Under the pieces are notes generated by a model. That model saw only the letters and a program-made list of their open reading frames with translations. It was not told the origin of the DNA and did not search any database. The translations under genes and the position numbers were made by a program. Of a DNA stretch of 64,000 nucleotides, positions 31,232 through 40,342 are shown one piece after another; position 1 is the first letter of the stretch; the number at the start of each line of letters is the position of its first letter. The stretch is from Thermodesulfobacteriota bacterium (GTDB taxonomy: Bacteria > Desulfobacterota > Desulfarculia > JACQYL01), in NCBI GenBank assembly GCA_963675595.2, contig CAXXLZ010000001.1:480001-544000 (forward strand). Direction: 5' to 3'.

Positions 31232-32130
31232 GCCCGGCGCGTCGTAGGAAAGCGGTTGATTATGTTCGAAGTGAACATGCCGCTTCAGAGCGTCGGGCCT
31301 GCCGCGTAGCCGGTCAACACCGATCCACCCAACGTTATGAGCCGAAGGAACGGGACGATGAGGTGGAACTGATCAAGGCTCTTCACCGGTTGGTTGGAGA
31401 ACATCCCCGTTTTGGATGCCGTAGGATCACTCGGCTGCTGCGTGATGCGGGGTGGGCGGTAAACTACAAGCGAATTCATAGACTTTGGAAAGAGGAGGGA
31501 TTCAAGGTACCTCGAAAAGCCAAGAAGAAACGCTTCCTGGGAGTTGATGCCAATGCGTGCAACAAGCGTAAGGCGGCTTTTGCAAATGATGTCTGGACGT
31601 TGGATTTCATTCATGACCGCTTGGTCGACGGCCGTCAGTTCAAGTGCTTGGCCATTGTCGACGAGTTTACTCGGGAAAACCTGGCCCTGAGGATCAACCG
31701 CTCCATTACGGGTGAAGACGTTTTGAACGAGCTGAGCCGATTGATGGGCGAGCGGGGAGTTCCAACGGGCATTCGATCGGATAACGGTCCCGAATTTATA
31801 GCCCAAAAGGTGAGAAATTGGCTGAAAGACCTGGGAGTGGGAACCTTTTTCGTCGAGCCGGGAGCCCCTTGGCAGAACGGGTACGTGGAAAGTTTCAACA
31901 GCCGTTTTCGGGATGAATTCTTGAACATGGAAATTTTCAACAACATCAAGGAAGCGCAGACTCTGGCCGCCAAATGGCGGAAAGTCTATAACGAGGAAAG
32001 ACCGCACAGTGCATTGAATTACATGACCCCGGCCCGGTTCGCGGCGAGCCCTTGGGGCCTCGACTCCGCCTCGCTCAGCTCGGCTTCGCCGTGGCCCCAA
32101 GGGCCGGGGATGGAAAACCGCGAGTCATGA
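31228..32130 (+). CDS. IS3 transposase OrfB (DDE), expressed by -1 frameshift
   Basis: WTLDF, RSDNGPEF, PWQNGYVESFN. Confidence 0.92.
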   Translation, partial: LSPARRRKAVDYVRSEHAASERRACRVAGQHRSTQRYEPKERDDEVELIKALHRLVGEHPRFGCRRITRLLRDAGWAVNYKRIHRLWKEEGFKVPRKAKKKRFLGVDANACNKRKAAFANDVWTLDFIHDRLVDGRQFKCLAIVDEFTRENLALRINRSITGEDVLNELSRLMGERGVPTGIRSDNGPEFIAQKVRNWLKDLGVGTFFVEPGAPWQNGYVESFNSRFRDEFLNMEIFNNIKEAQTLAAKWRKVYNEERPHSALNYMTPARFAASPWGLDSASLSSASPWPQGPGMENRES

Positions 32131-32173
32131 TAAAACTCTCATAACTCCTGGACCAAAAACTGGGGGCTTGACA

Positions 32174-33076
32174 GTTGCTCCGGAAGGCAGCCCGAAGAAC
32201 TTGGCTGCGACACGCTACAATGTCCTGTGCGAGTCCGTAATGGAGCTGTTCGGGTGTGACCAACCCGATGCCTGAATGCCGATGCTCGGGGTTGTACCAG
32301 GAGAAGAACTCCCGGCAGAAAGACCGGGCATCCTGGATTGATCCAAACCGTTTCGGGAATTTCGGGCAATACTTGAGGGTTTTAAACTGCGCCTCCGAGT
32401 AGGGGTTATCATTGCTGACATAGGGTCGGCTGTGGGTCTTGGTCACTCCAATGTCTCCCATGAACTCGGCTACGGACTTGGCTTTCATCGCCGGGCCTCG
32501 ATCCGCATGGATGATGAGTTGGCCGGACTTGATATCCTGCTTGAAGCACGTCTCTTCGATGAGTTGCCTGGCCAAAGCGGCGCTTTCCCGATGGGCCACC
32601 ATCCAGCCGACCACGTAGCGGCTGAAGATGTCCATGATCACGTAAAGATGGAAATAGGTCCACTTCACAGGCCCTTTTAGCTTCGTAATATCCCAGGACC
32701 ACACTTTGTTGGGTCCGGTCGCAAGCAACTCGGGCTTTTTATAGACAGGCCGCCGCGCCTGCTTTCTTCGCTCTTTGACATCACCGGATTCCGCTTTGAG
32801 AATCCGGTACATGGTCCGGATGGAGCAGTAGTAATGTCCTTCATCGAGCAAGACGGCAAAGACCTGACGGGGAGCATCATCCTGAAAACGGGAGCTGTTA
32901 AGCAGATCGACCACGGTTTCCCGCTCCCGGGGGTTCAGAGCCAAGGGAGGCGCCGGCCGCGGTGTGCGGGCCGCCGCCGGCTTCAGGCGGCGATAGAAAC
33001 TCGCACGGGGCAGGCCCATGGCTCCACATGCCTGCACGGTTCCTACCTCGGTGCGCAACTCCATCGCCGCGCTCAT
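32174..33076 (-). pseudogene. IS3 OrfB, C-terminally truncated
   Basis: WSWDITKL, HADRG, SNDNPYSEAQFKTLK; reads through into the neighbouring IS (stop at 32075). Confidence 0.85.
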
Positions 33077-33564
33077 GAACTGCTCCCGTCGTCGTCCAGG
33101 TCCGGCTGAGCGATCCCCAGTATCTCCGAGATTTTTTTTTGAACTTCGATGATGGTTCGCGCCTGTTTCAGTTGATTCTCGAGACGGCGGTTCTCCCTTT
33201 CAAGCCGGGCCACCCGCTCTCCCATAGGGTTCTTCTGCTTGGGCTTCCGGCCTCGCTTCTTTGGCCCAAGCGCACTCAACTGCCCCTGGTCACGTTGTCT
33301 ACGCCATGTCGCCAGACTCGAAGAATACAGGCCTTCTCGCCGAAGTAGAGCCCCGAGCCGGCCCGGTTCAGTACACGCATCGGCTTCCTCCAGGATTCTC
33401 AGCTTGTACCGGGCTGTAAATCTGCGACGAGGCTTCTTCTCTGGAACCTCCGGGTCGGGGACCGTGACGTGCTTCCCGATCGTGGTAACTCCGGTCGTCC
33501 TACGGACTCCCTCCGTTACCACGATTCCCTCATCCGGATTCTCTTTCTCTCTGTGCCTCATCAT
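33073..33564 (-). CDS. IS3 OrfA
   Basis: RRRFTARYKLRIL, LLRREGLYSS, EVQKKIS; ATGA overlap with orfB. Confidence 0.88.
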   Translation of the reverse strand: MMRHREKENPDEGIVVTEGVRRTTGVTTIGKHVTVPDPEVPEKKPRRRFTARYKLRILEEADACTEPGRLGALLRREGLYSSSLATWRRQRDQGQLSALGPKKRGRKPKQKNPMGERVARLERENRRLENQLKQARTIIEVQKKISEILGIAQPDLDDDGSSS

Positions 33565-33637
33565 GCTCCATCTCCTACCCGCCCTACACTAATTTATCAA
33601 CGGGTAGGTGTCTCACTCTCATTGGCACAGAGGGGCA

Positions 33638-33898
33638 GGATGGTTTACCGCTCATCGATACTCGCGAAAAGCAGAGAGGTTTGTTGATCTTGGTAATAAT
33701 AGAGAGCTAAAAAGGAAGGTTCGTAAGAGGCAGGTAAGTGGGCAGAAGAAGACAGAGTTTATGAACAGTTTAGATCGGCTTGGAATTAATTATGAATCAT
33801 TGTTCCCCGGTATAGAAGGAACGTGCCGATATGTCGACTGGCAATTCCATAAGAAAAATGCTCACCTTATTTTCAGCGGATCCCAAGAAGAGTCATGA
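33638..33898 (+). pseudogene. C-terminal fragment of an FRG-domain-like protein
   Basis: LDRLGINYESLFPGIEG tail typical of FRG proteins; AT-rich; 5' part removed at the IS end. Confidence 0.6.
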
Positions 33899-33963
33899 GA
33901 TAAGGAGCACGGCAAAGTCGGAAATATGAAAGAAAGAGTGATGCATTCGTAGACTTCGGGAGT

Positions 33964-34031
33964 CTTGCTTTTTGATATCTTTCCTCTCGGCCAGGGCTCA
34001 ACAATCATTATCCTTTCCCTGAACATCGACC
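33964..34031 (+). repeat. Repeat family D, partial copy
   Basis: CTTGCTTTTTGATATCT...CTCAACAATCATTATCCTTTCCCTGAACATCGACC matches the 5' part of the other D copies. Confidence 0.55.
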
Positions 34032-34220
34032 TTCGCGTAACACTCAAGAATACCTGATGAATACACAATCCGATGAAAGGGCCGAACATCCACCGAGGAA
34101 ATGCCCGGATTTACCGAAAGGCTCTCAGCGGCGTGTATCCGGCCCGTCTCTTTTGTGGAGGTGAGATTTACTAAAGAAAAGGCGGACGTTGTGATGCTCG
34201 ATGTGGAAAACCTTGCCCCT

Positions 34221-34295
34221 TGTACGCCGGGATCGGCTGCGTCCCGTTAGGGACGGAGCCCGCAAGGGGGTCCGGGGGAACCGTGTTCCCCCGGA
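34221..34295 (-). repeat. REP-like hairpin repeat family A, copy
   Basis: Inverted homolog of 17651-17726. Confidence 0.75.
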
Positions 34296-34388
34296 GGTCT
34301 TCTGAACAAAAACGCGCCGGGAAAATAGATCGGACCGAGGGACCGGCCGGGCATGGGACCGTGCTTCTTTTCCTCCTAAACCTTCCGA

Positions 34389-35465
34389 CTACTTCATCTT
34401 GCCCGCCCGAACCGCAATGAGTTCCGCCGCGATGCTGACGGCGATTTCCTCGGGGGTTTCCGCGCCGATATCCAGGCCGATGGGGGAATGCACGCCGGAC
34501 AGGGTTTCCTTGGACACTCCTTCCTCTTCCAGGGCCTGATAAATCATGGCGCGTTTTCTTCTGGATCCGATCATGCCCACGTAGGCCGTTTCCTTGCGCA
34601 GCACCTGGGCCAGCACTTCCTTGTCGTGAAGGTGGCCGCGGGTCACGATGACCACGTAGGCGTCCGGGCCGAGAGGGATTCCGTCCAGGATGTTGCCGAA
34701 GTCGCGGGTGTGCACGGAATCGGCCTGAGGAAAACGTTGAGCATCGGAGAATTCGGCCCTGTCGTCGAACACGGCCAATCCGAATCCCACTCGTTTCACC
34801 AGGTCGGCCAAATGAAGAGAGATGTGTCCTCCCCCGAAGAGGTAGACCATGGGGCGGCTGAGAAGCGGTTCGAGATAAAGCTCGGCGTCCGGTCCTGCGG
34901 CGGGCGGCATGCGCACCGTTTTGGGCAGGGGTGAGGAAAGCAGCTCTTCGAGATCGGCGGACAGGAGCACGGTGAGGTCCGGAGCTTGCGCGATAACGCC
35001 GAGGGGGTCTTCTCCTTCGACCAATAGGAGCTTACGGCCGGCGAGGGACCGTGCGGGTCCGGGCAGGATCGGCGTTACGCAGAGGGCTCGAACGCCGTGC
35101 CGGGCCGCTCGGGCCGCGGAGGCTGAAATATCCTGAGCCGTACCGTCCGATGCGAACCAGGGTTCGAGGTACACGTCCACGTTTCCGCCGCAGATCATAT
35201 CCATTTCAGCGACTTGTCGGCCGTTCATCCGAAAGCGGAACAATTCCGTGGTGGCTGAAGTCAGGACTTGTCCGGCCTTTTCAATCACCTCGGCCTCCAA
35301 CAGGCCGCCGCCGATGGTGCCGGAGAAGGAGCCGTCCCCACGAACCAGGAATCGGGTGCCGGCGGAGCGGGGAGCGGAGCCGATGCGGTTCACAATGGTC
35401 GCCAGGCAAACGTCCGTTCCCTGACGAAGTTCCTGGTGTATTTCAACAAAAATTTTGTCGGACAT
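34389..35465 (-). CDS. xdhC: XdhC/CoxI molybdoenzyme maturation factor
   Basis: GSAPR, GTIGGG, MICGG, FGGGH, TRGH, PIGLDIGAETPEEIAVSI. Confidence 0.93.
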   Translation of the reverse strand: MSDKIFVEIHQELRQGTDVCLATIVNRIGSAPRSAGTRFLVRGDGSFSGTIGGGLLEAEVIEKAGQVLTSATTELFRFRMNGRQVAEMDMICGGNVDVYLEPWFASDGTAQDISASAARAARHGVRALCVTPILPGPARSLAGRKLLLVEGEDPLGVIAQAPDLTVLLSADLEELLSSPLPKTVRMPPAAGPDAELYLEPLLSRPMVYLFGGGHISLHLADLVKRVGFGLAVFDDRAEFSDAQRFPQADSVHTRDFGNILDGIPLGPDAYVVIVTRGHLHDKEVLAQVLRKETAYVGMIGSRRKRAMIYQALEEEGVSKETLSGVHSPIGLDIGAETPEEIAVSIAAELIAVRAGKMK

Positions 35466-35520
35466 AAATTTCAGGCCATCCTTCGAGCAGTTCGGACGGA
35501 GAAAAGATTGCAGAGAAGTA

Positions 35521-36297
35521 TTCATTTACGGGGGAGGACTTTCGGGAAAGTCCTCCCCCGGACCCCCACCCAAAGCTTTCAGAGCAGGCCTCACCGCCTC
35601 CGGCGGAGAGGCTGAGGAAGCAATCCGGTTTGCTTACACATTCCCAACGCTTCTCACATCTGCTGAATCGGCGAAGGGGTTCCCAAGTTCGGCTTTGTCC
35701 CGGAAAGAACGGACCCCCCTGAATGCTCACGAAGTGTTCATTTTCGGGGGAAGACTTTCGGGAAAGCCCTCCCCCGGACCCCCACCCAAAGCTTTCTGAG
35801 CAGGCCTCACCGCCTCCGGCGGGGAGGCTGAGGAAGCAATCCGGTTTCTTGACTCATTCCCAACGCTTCCTGCATCCGCTGAATCGGCGAAGAGGTTCCC
35901 AAGTTCGGCTACGTCCCGGAAAGAACGGACCCCCCCCTGAATGCTCACGAAGCGTTCATTTTCGGGGGAGGACTTTCGGGAAAGTCCTCCCCCGGACCCC
36001 CACCCAAAGCTTTGTGAGCAGGCCTCACCGCCTCCGGCGGAGAGGCTGAGGAAGCAATCCGGTTTGCTCACACATTCCCAACGCGTCTTTCATCCGCTGA
36101 ATCGGCGAAGGGGTTCCCAAGTTCGGCTTTGTCCCGGAAGGAACGGACCCCCCTGAATGCTCACGAAGTATTCATTTTCGGGGGAGGACTTTCGGGAAAG
36201 CCCTCCCCCGGACCCTCCCCCAAAGCTTTCAGAGCAGGCCTCACCGCCTCCGGCGGAGAGGCTGAGGAAGCAATCCGGTTTGCTCGCTCATTCCCAA
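35521..36297. repeat. Tandem array of ~216-bp hairpin-rich units (3.6 copies, family T)
   Basis: Units start at 35521, 35737, 35955 and 36171; each has the stem CGGGGGAGGACTTTC-gg-GAAAGTCCTCCCCCG or a close variant. Confidence 0.95.
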
Positions 36298-36393
36298 GGC
36301 CCCTCTCATCCCGGTTGCGACGCGGAAGCGAGCAACCCGCTCAGAAAGTTTGGGAAGGGGTCTGGGGAAACCTTTTCCAAAAGGTTTCCCCAG
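36298..36393 (-). repeat. Repeat family F, copy capping the array
   Basis: Hairpin CTGGGGAAACCTTTT-cc-AAAAGGTTTCCCCAG plus the tail shared with 13455-13529. Confidence 0.8.
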
Positions 36394-36430
36394 CTGCCCT
36401 GTGAACATCAAGAAATTCTACAACGAAACA

Positions 36431-37411
36431 CTATCCCAACACTTCCGGGTTGAGACAATTGGGCGGCGACTTTTTGTCGATGAGCGACGCCTTGAGATTT
36501 TCGGCCGCCACGAGGCCCATGCGGGTTCGCGTTTCCACGGAAGCGCTGCCGATATGGGGCAGCAGCACCACGTTCTCCATGGTTTTGAGTTCGGGTTCGA
36601 TCTCCGGCTCCCGCTCGAAAACATCCAATCCGGCTCCCGCGATTTGCCCCTTTTTCAGCGCTTGGACCAAGGCCTTTTCATCCACCAACTCCCCTCGAGC
36701 CGTGTTGATCAAAAAGGCGCCGGGCTTCATGCCCGCCAGTTCCTTCTCTCCTATGATGCCCTTGGTGGTCGGTGTCAGGGGGGCATGGAGAGACAGGAAG
36801 TCCGACTGCTCGAGAAGGGCTTCCTTGGAAACATACTCGGCTCCCACCGTCTTTTCCAGTGAGGGATCGGCCGGACGGGTGTTGTGGTAGATGATTTTCA
36901 TATCGAAAGCGAAGGCTCTCTTGGCCACGGCGGAACCGATGCGTCCGAAACCCAGCAGTCCCAAAGTTTTTCCGTACACGTCCGTGCCCAAGAAGAGTTC
37001 GGGGGCCCAGCCGCGGTATTTTCCCTGCCGAGCATAGGCGTCCGCCGGCACGATGCAGCGGGCCAAAGCGAGGATCAGGGCGAGGGTCAGGTCGGCCGTG
37101 GTATCCGTGAGCACGCCCGGCGTGTTCGTTACCGCCACCTTCCGTTCCGTGGCGGCGCTCAGATCGATGTTATTGTAGCCCACGGCGTAATTCGCCACAA
37201 TCTTGAGCTGCGGGCCGGCCGCGTCCAACACCCCGGCGTCGATGCGGTCCGTGAGGAGCGGCAGGATTCCGTCTTTGCCTTTGACGCCTTCCAGCAGTTC
37301 GTCGCGGCTGAGCACTCGGTCGTGGGGATTGCATTCCACCTGGAAGAGCTGCTCCAGGAGCTGCATGGCGCCTTTCGGCAAACGTCTGGAAACAAAAATA
37401 CTGGGTTTCAT
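36431..37411 (-). CDS. D-2-hydroxyacid dehydrogenase (glyoxylate reductase/D-glycerate dehydrogenase, GyaR-like)
   Basis: AVGYNNID, NTPGVLT, GFGRIG, INTARG, LDVFEREP, LPHIGSA. Confidence 0.92.
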   Translation of the reverse strand: MKPSIFVSRRLPKGAMQLLEQLFQVECNPHDRVLSRDELLEGVKGKDGILPLLTDRIDAGVLDAAGPQLKIVANYAVGYNNIDLSAATERKVAVTNTPGVLTDTTADLTLALILALARCIVPADAYARQGKYRGWAPELFLGTDVYGKTLGLLGFGRIGSAVAKRAFAFDMKIIYHNTRPADPSLEKTVGAEYVSKEALLEQSDFLSLHAPLTPTTKGIIGEKELAGMKPGAFLINTARGELVDEKALVQALKKGQIAGAGLDVFEREPEIEPELKTMENVVLLPHIGSASVETRTRMGLVAAENLKASLIDKKSPPNCLNPEVLG

Positions 37412-37598
37412 TGGTTTCTTCCCGATGGTTTCGATTCCGTGAGGAAAGTTCTTGTACGTGTTCAAGGGGTATTCGAGAAGACCTGCTGAAAGAGGTCTTG
37501 CCGAGCCCTTCCATGGCTTGCTGAACGGGTTGCTCGGTGCTTGTCGCAACCGGGGTCCGGGGTGGTGGTGTGGTTCCCCCGGAGTCGGAGTGCGGACG

Positions 37599-38510
37599 TC
37601 AGACCAGCCCCCAGGCCTGGTTCATCACTCGCTTGGCATTGGCCAGCACGACCAACGGGTCCTGACCCTCCATGGGTTTCACCTCGAAACTCACCATGGG
37701 TCGTGCTTCGCCGCCCAGAAAGCCCAACTCGATCAGTGTGCGGAGAAACTCCACCATTTCGGGAACATCGTTCACACCGCCGGGGGTCCCGAAAATGGGA
37801 TGATAATCCCCGTAGGCCGGCATGCCCTCGGTGAGCACCGCATTGCCCAGGTGCACCGCGGCCAGGTATTCTTTGACCGGTTCCAGGGCCTGTTTGGGAG
37901 ACTCCTTCAGGAGCGGAATGTGGCTTAGGTCCACCAGGACGCCGAATTCGGCATGGTCGCGCCGAACCGCCTCGGCCACCTGCCGCGACAGGTCCGCGGG
38001 TCCCATGAGGCAGCACTTGTCCACATCGCAGTCGAATACTTCTGCCACCACCCTCGGGCCTCCCATGGAGGCGGAATAGGTGCAGAGTTCGCCGAGTGAT
38101 TTGACCAGTGCTTCTATGGCCCGGGGCCTATTCTCCGGACCGGGGTCCTTGCCGGAAAGAACCACGAAACTTTCCGCCCCCATGAACATGGCTTCGTCCA
38201 GGTGGGCTTTCAAAGCCTTGACGGCCGATTTCCTCTGATCTTCATCCAGGGCGTTGATATCGAGTTTTCCCCCGAGGATGGCCGGATGTGCTCCATAACC
38301 CACGGACAGATGGGCCAGGCGGATCAGTTCCCGGACTCTTTCCCGGACTCCGGGGTCTTCGATATGAGTGATCTCTATGGCGGTGAAGAAGGGGTCCAGG
38401 GCGATATGGCGGACCGTCTCTTCCCAGGGACCGTCCCCGCCCGCCAAACCCGGGAAAGCCATAAAATGAACAAGCCCCATTTTCATGCAGGCGTCGATGC
38501 TCCGATTCAT
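37599..38510 (-). CDS. Sugar phosphate isomerase/epimerase (xylose isomerase-like TIM barrel)
   Basis: Metal-ligand pattern AEVFD, VDLSH, VHLGN, SFEVK. Confidence 0.8.
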   Translation of the reverse strand: MNRSIDACMKMGLVHFMAFPGLAGGDGPWEETVRHIALDPFFTAIEITHIEDPGVRERVRELIRLAHLSVGYGAHPAILGGKLDINALDEDQRKSAVKALKAHLDEAMFMGAESFVVLSGKDPGPENRPRAIEALVKSLGELCTYSASMGGPRVVAEVFDCDVDKCCLMGPADLSRQVAEAVRRDHAEFGVLVDLSHIPLLKESPKQALEPVKEYLAAVHLGNAVLTEGMPAYGDYHPIFGTPGGVNDVPEMVEFLRTLIELGFLGGEARPMVSFEVKPMEGQDPLVVLANAKRVMNQAWGLV

Positions 38511-38540
38511 AGTCTCTCCGTGATAACGATTGCGTGGATG

Positions 38541-39374
38541 TCAAACCTCGATGGGTCTGAACGCCAGGACCAGGGCCATGACCACGTATACCATGGCGTC
38601 CGCCGCGGCGCCCCAATAGCGCGCGGTGATGGACATGATCATCCCCAGAGCGAAAGCGGCCAACGCCGTGCCGGTGAGGTTTCCCATTCCCCCGACGATC
38701 ACCACGGCGAAGCACAGGATCAGGATATGGAATCCCATGTACGGGTCCAGGGTGCTCAAGGGGGCGTAGAGCACTCCGCCCAGAGCGGCCAGCGCGCTCC
38801 CCATGACGAACACCACGGCGAAATACTTCTCCACTCGGATTCCGAGGCTGTGCACCGCTTCCTGATCCTGCAAACCGGCCACCACGATTTTCCCTACCAT
38901 GGACTTCTTGAAGAAGAGCGACAATCCTATGAAAATGAAGAAAGAAATAAGAATGATCAGAAGACGGTAGAGCGGAGCCTCCAGGGAGAGAAAACTCACC
39001 GTGACGCCGATGGGATCGCTGATGGGTAGGGGGTTCGGTCCGTAAATCCATTTGATGGCGTCCACACCGATGAGGAGTACGGCATAAGTGGCGATGATGG
39101 CGTAGTCGATGGACTGCCCGTACAGCTTTCGAATAACAAATCTCTCGATTACATAGCTCAAAGGGATGGAAACCGCAACTGCGACCACCGCACCGGCGAG
39201 AAACGGAAGTCCCACCGTGCTCAGCATGGTATACAGGGCGTAAGCGCCCACGGCGTAGATGAGTCCATGGGCGAAGTTGACGATTCCCATGGCCCCGAAG
39301 GTGAGCGAAAGGCCGATGGAGATGATGTACAGAATTCCGCCCATGGTCAGGCCGAAGAGAATGGACTGGAGCAT
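38541..39374 (-). CDS. LIV-type ABC permease (LivH-like)
   Basis: GLSLTFGAMGIVNFAHG, VIVGGMG. Confidence 0.92.
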   Translation of the reverse strand: MLQSILFGLTMGGILYIISIGLSLTFGAMGIVNFAHGLIYAVGAYALYTMLSTVGLPFLAGAVVAVAVSIPLSYVIERFVIRKLYGQSIDYAIIATYAVLLIGVDAIKWIYGPNPLPISDPIGVTVSFLSLEAPLYRLLIILISFFIFIGLSLFFKKSMVGKIVVAGLQDQEAVHSLGIRVEKYFAVVFVMGSALAALGGVLYAPLSTLDPYMGFHILILCFAVVIVGGMGNLTGTALAAFALGMIMSITARYWGAAADAMVYVVMALVLAFRPIEV

Positions 39375-39406
39375 ATCTTTGGTTTCTTCCTATGGGTTCC
39401 GTTTCT

Positions 39407-40327
39407 TCAGATTTGGCGGGCGTAGCCCCAGATTCCCTTGCGGAAGCGGAAGGCGAAAATAAGCAGGGCGACACCCAGGAACATTTCCCAGCGAATCAGG
39501 TACGAAGCGAGGTAGTTGCTGATGGTCATGAAGGCCGTGCCTCCGATGACGGCTCCGATGACGTTGCCCGCTCCCCCCATCAGCGCGGCGAAGATCACTT
39601 CCACGTTGCGCGTGGGGTCCATGAGGCTGGGGTTGGTGTAAAACAGGTTGATGCTGCTCAACGAGCCCGCAAAAGCGGCTACGGCTCCGGATATGACAAA
39701 GGTGATCAGCTTGTAGACGTAGGTGTTGTATCCGAGGAATCTCACCCTGATTTCGTTTTCCTTGATCGCCTTCAAAAGGAGGCCGTAAGGGGAGCGCACC
39801 AGCAGAACAATGAGGAATACCACGAGGAGCAGGGACCCCAGGCAGAAGTAGAATCGGAAGACTCGGTCCCCAAAGTCGATGAAGCCGTAACTGCTGAAGA
39901 ACAGGGAGAGACCGTCTTCCCCGCCCGTCCATTCCGGAAACGGAACCAGGACCATAAAGGCGCCCACTTCGTTCAAGGCCAGGTTCAGCAGGGCGAAACA
40001 CGCTCCCGTGGTCTTGACCACCACGCTTCCCAGAACAAGGGCCAGAATTGCGCCTACCGAGATGCCCACCGCCATGGCCAGGAAAGGATCGGGATGGACA
40101 AAGTTGGCGAACATGGCCGCGCCGTAAGCGCCCGCCCCGTAGTAGAGCATATGACCGAAGGAGAGTTGCCCCATGTGACCATAAACCAAGTCGAAACCCA
40201 GGACGAAGATGCAGAAAATGATGAAGTCCGTGATCTTGGCCAAGGACGTGGCATAGCCGAAAATAAGGAATCCCACGGCGATAAAGGTCAGGGTCAGGAC
40301 AGGAGATTTTTCCACTTTTGCAAACAT
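39407..40327 (-). CDS. LIV-type ABC permease (LivM-like)
   Basis: GQLSFGH, TGGEDG, AIKENE. Confidence 0.92.
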   Translation of the reverse strand: MFAKVEKSPVLTLTFIAVGFLIFGYATSLAKITDFIIFCIFVLGFDLVYGHMGQLSFGHMLYYGAGAYGAAMFANFVHPDPFLAMAVGISVGAILALVLGSVVVKTTGACFALLNLALNEVGAFMVLVPFPEWTGGEDGLSLFFSSYGFIDFGDRVFRFYFCLGSLLLVVFLIVLLVRSPYGLLLKAIKENEIRVRFLGYNTYVYKLITFVISGAVAAFAGSLSSINLFYTNPSLMDPTRNVEVIFAALMGGAGNVIGAVIGGTAFMTISNYLASYLIRWEMFLGVALLIFAFRFRKGIWGYARQI

Positions 40328-40342
40328 GAGTCGTCCTTGGGG

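Larger units (their letters stand above)
30876..32173 (+). mobile_element. IS3-family element (IS407-like), complete
   Basis: IRL TGGAATGCCCCCCGATAATTGGTCCA; IRR (reverse complement) TGTCAAGCCCCCAGTTTTTGGTCCA; orfA/orfB with slippery GGGAAAC. Confidence 0.92.
32174..33637 (-). mobile_element. Second IS3-family element, right end deleted
   Basis: Left end TGCCCCTCTGTGCCAATGAGAGTGAGACA at 33637; A9 slippery run near 33132-33140; cut exactly at the IRR of the first IS. Confidence 0.88.

Noticed and set aside
35521-36297. CRISPR or other spacer-type array
   Set aside because: Units are similar along their whole length with no unique spacers, and no cas genes are in the window.
35455-36453. Repeated ORFs in the array (MLTK..SFSGEDFRESPPP) and the homolog at 20183-20407
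   Set aside because: Indels shift the frame between units, and the conserved feature is the hairpin rather than the peptide.
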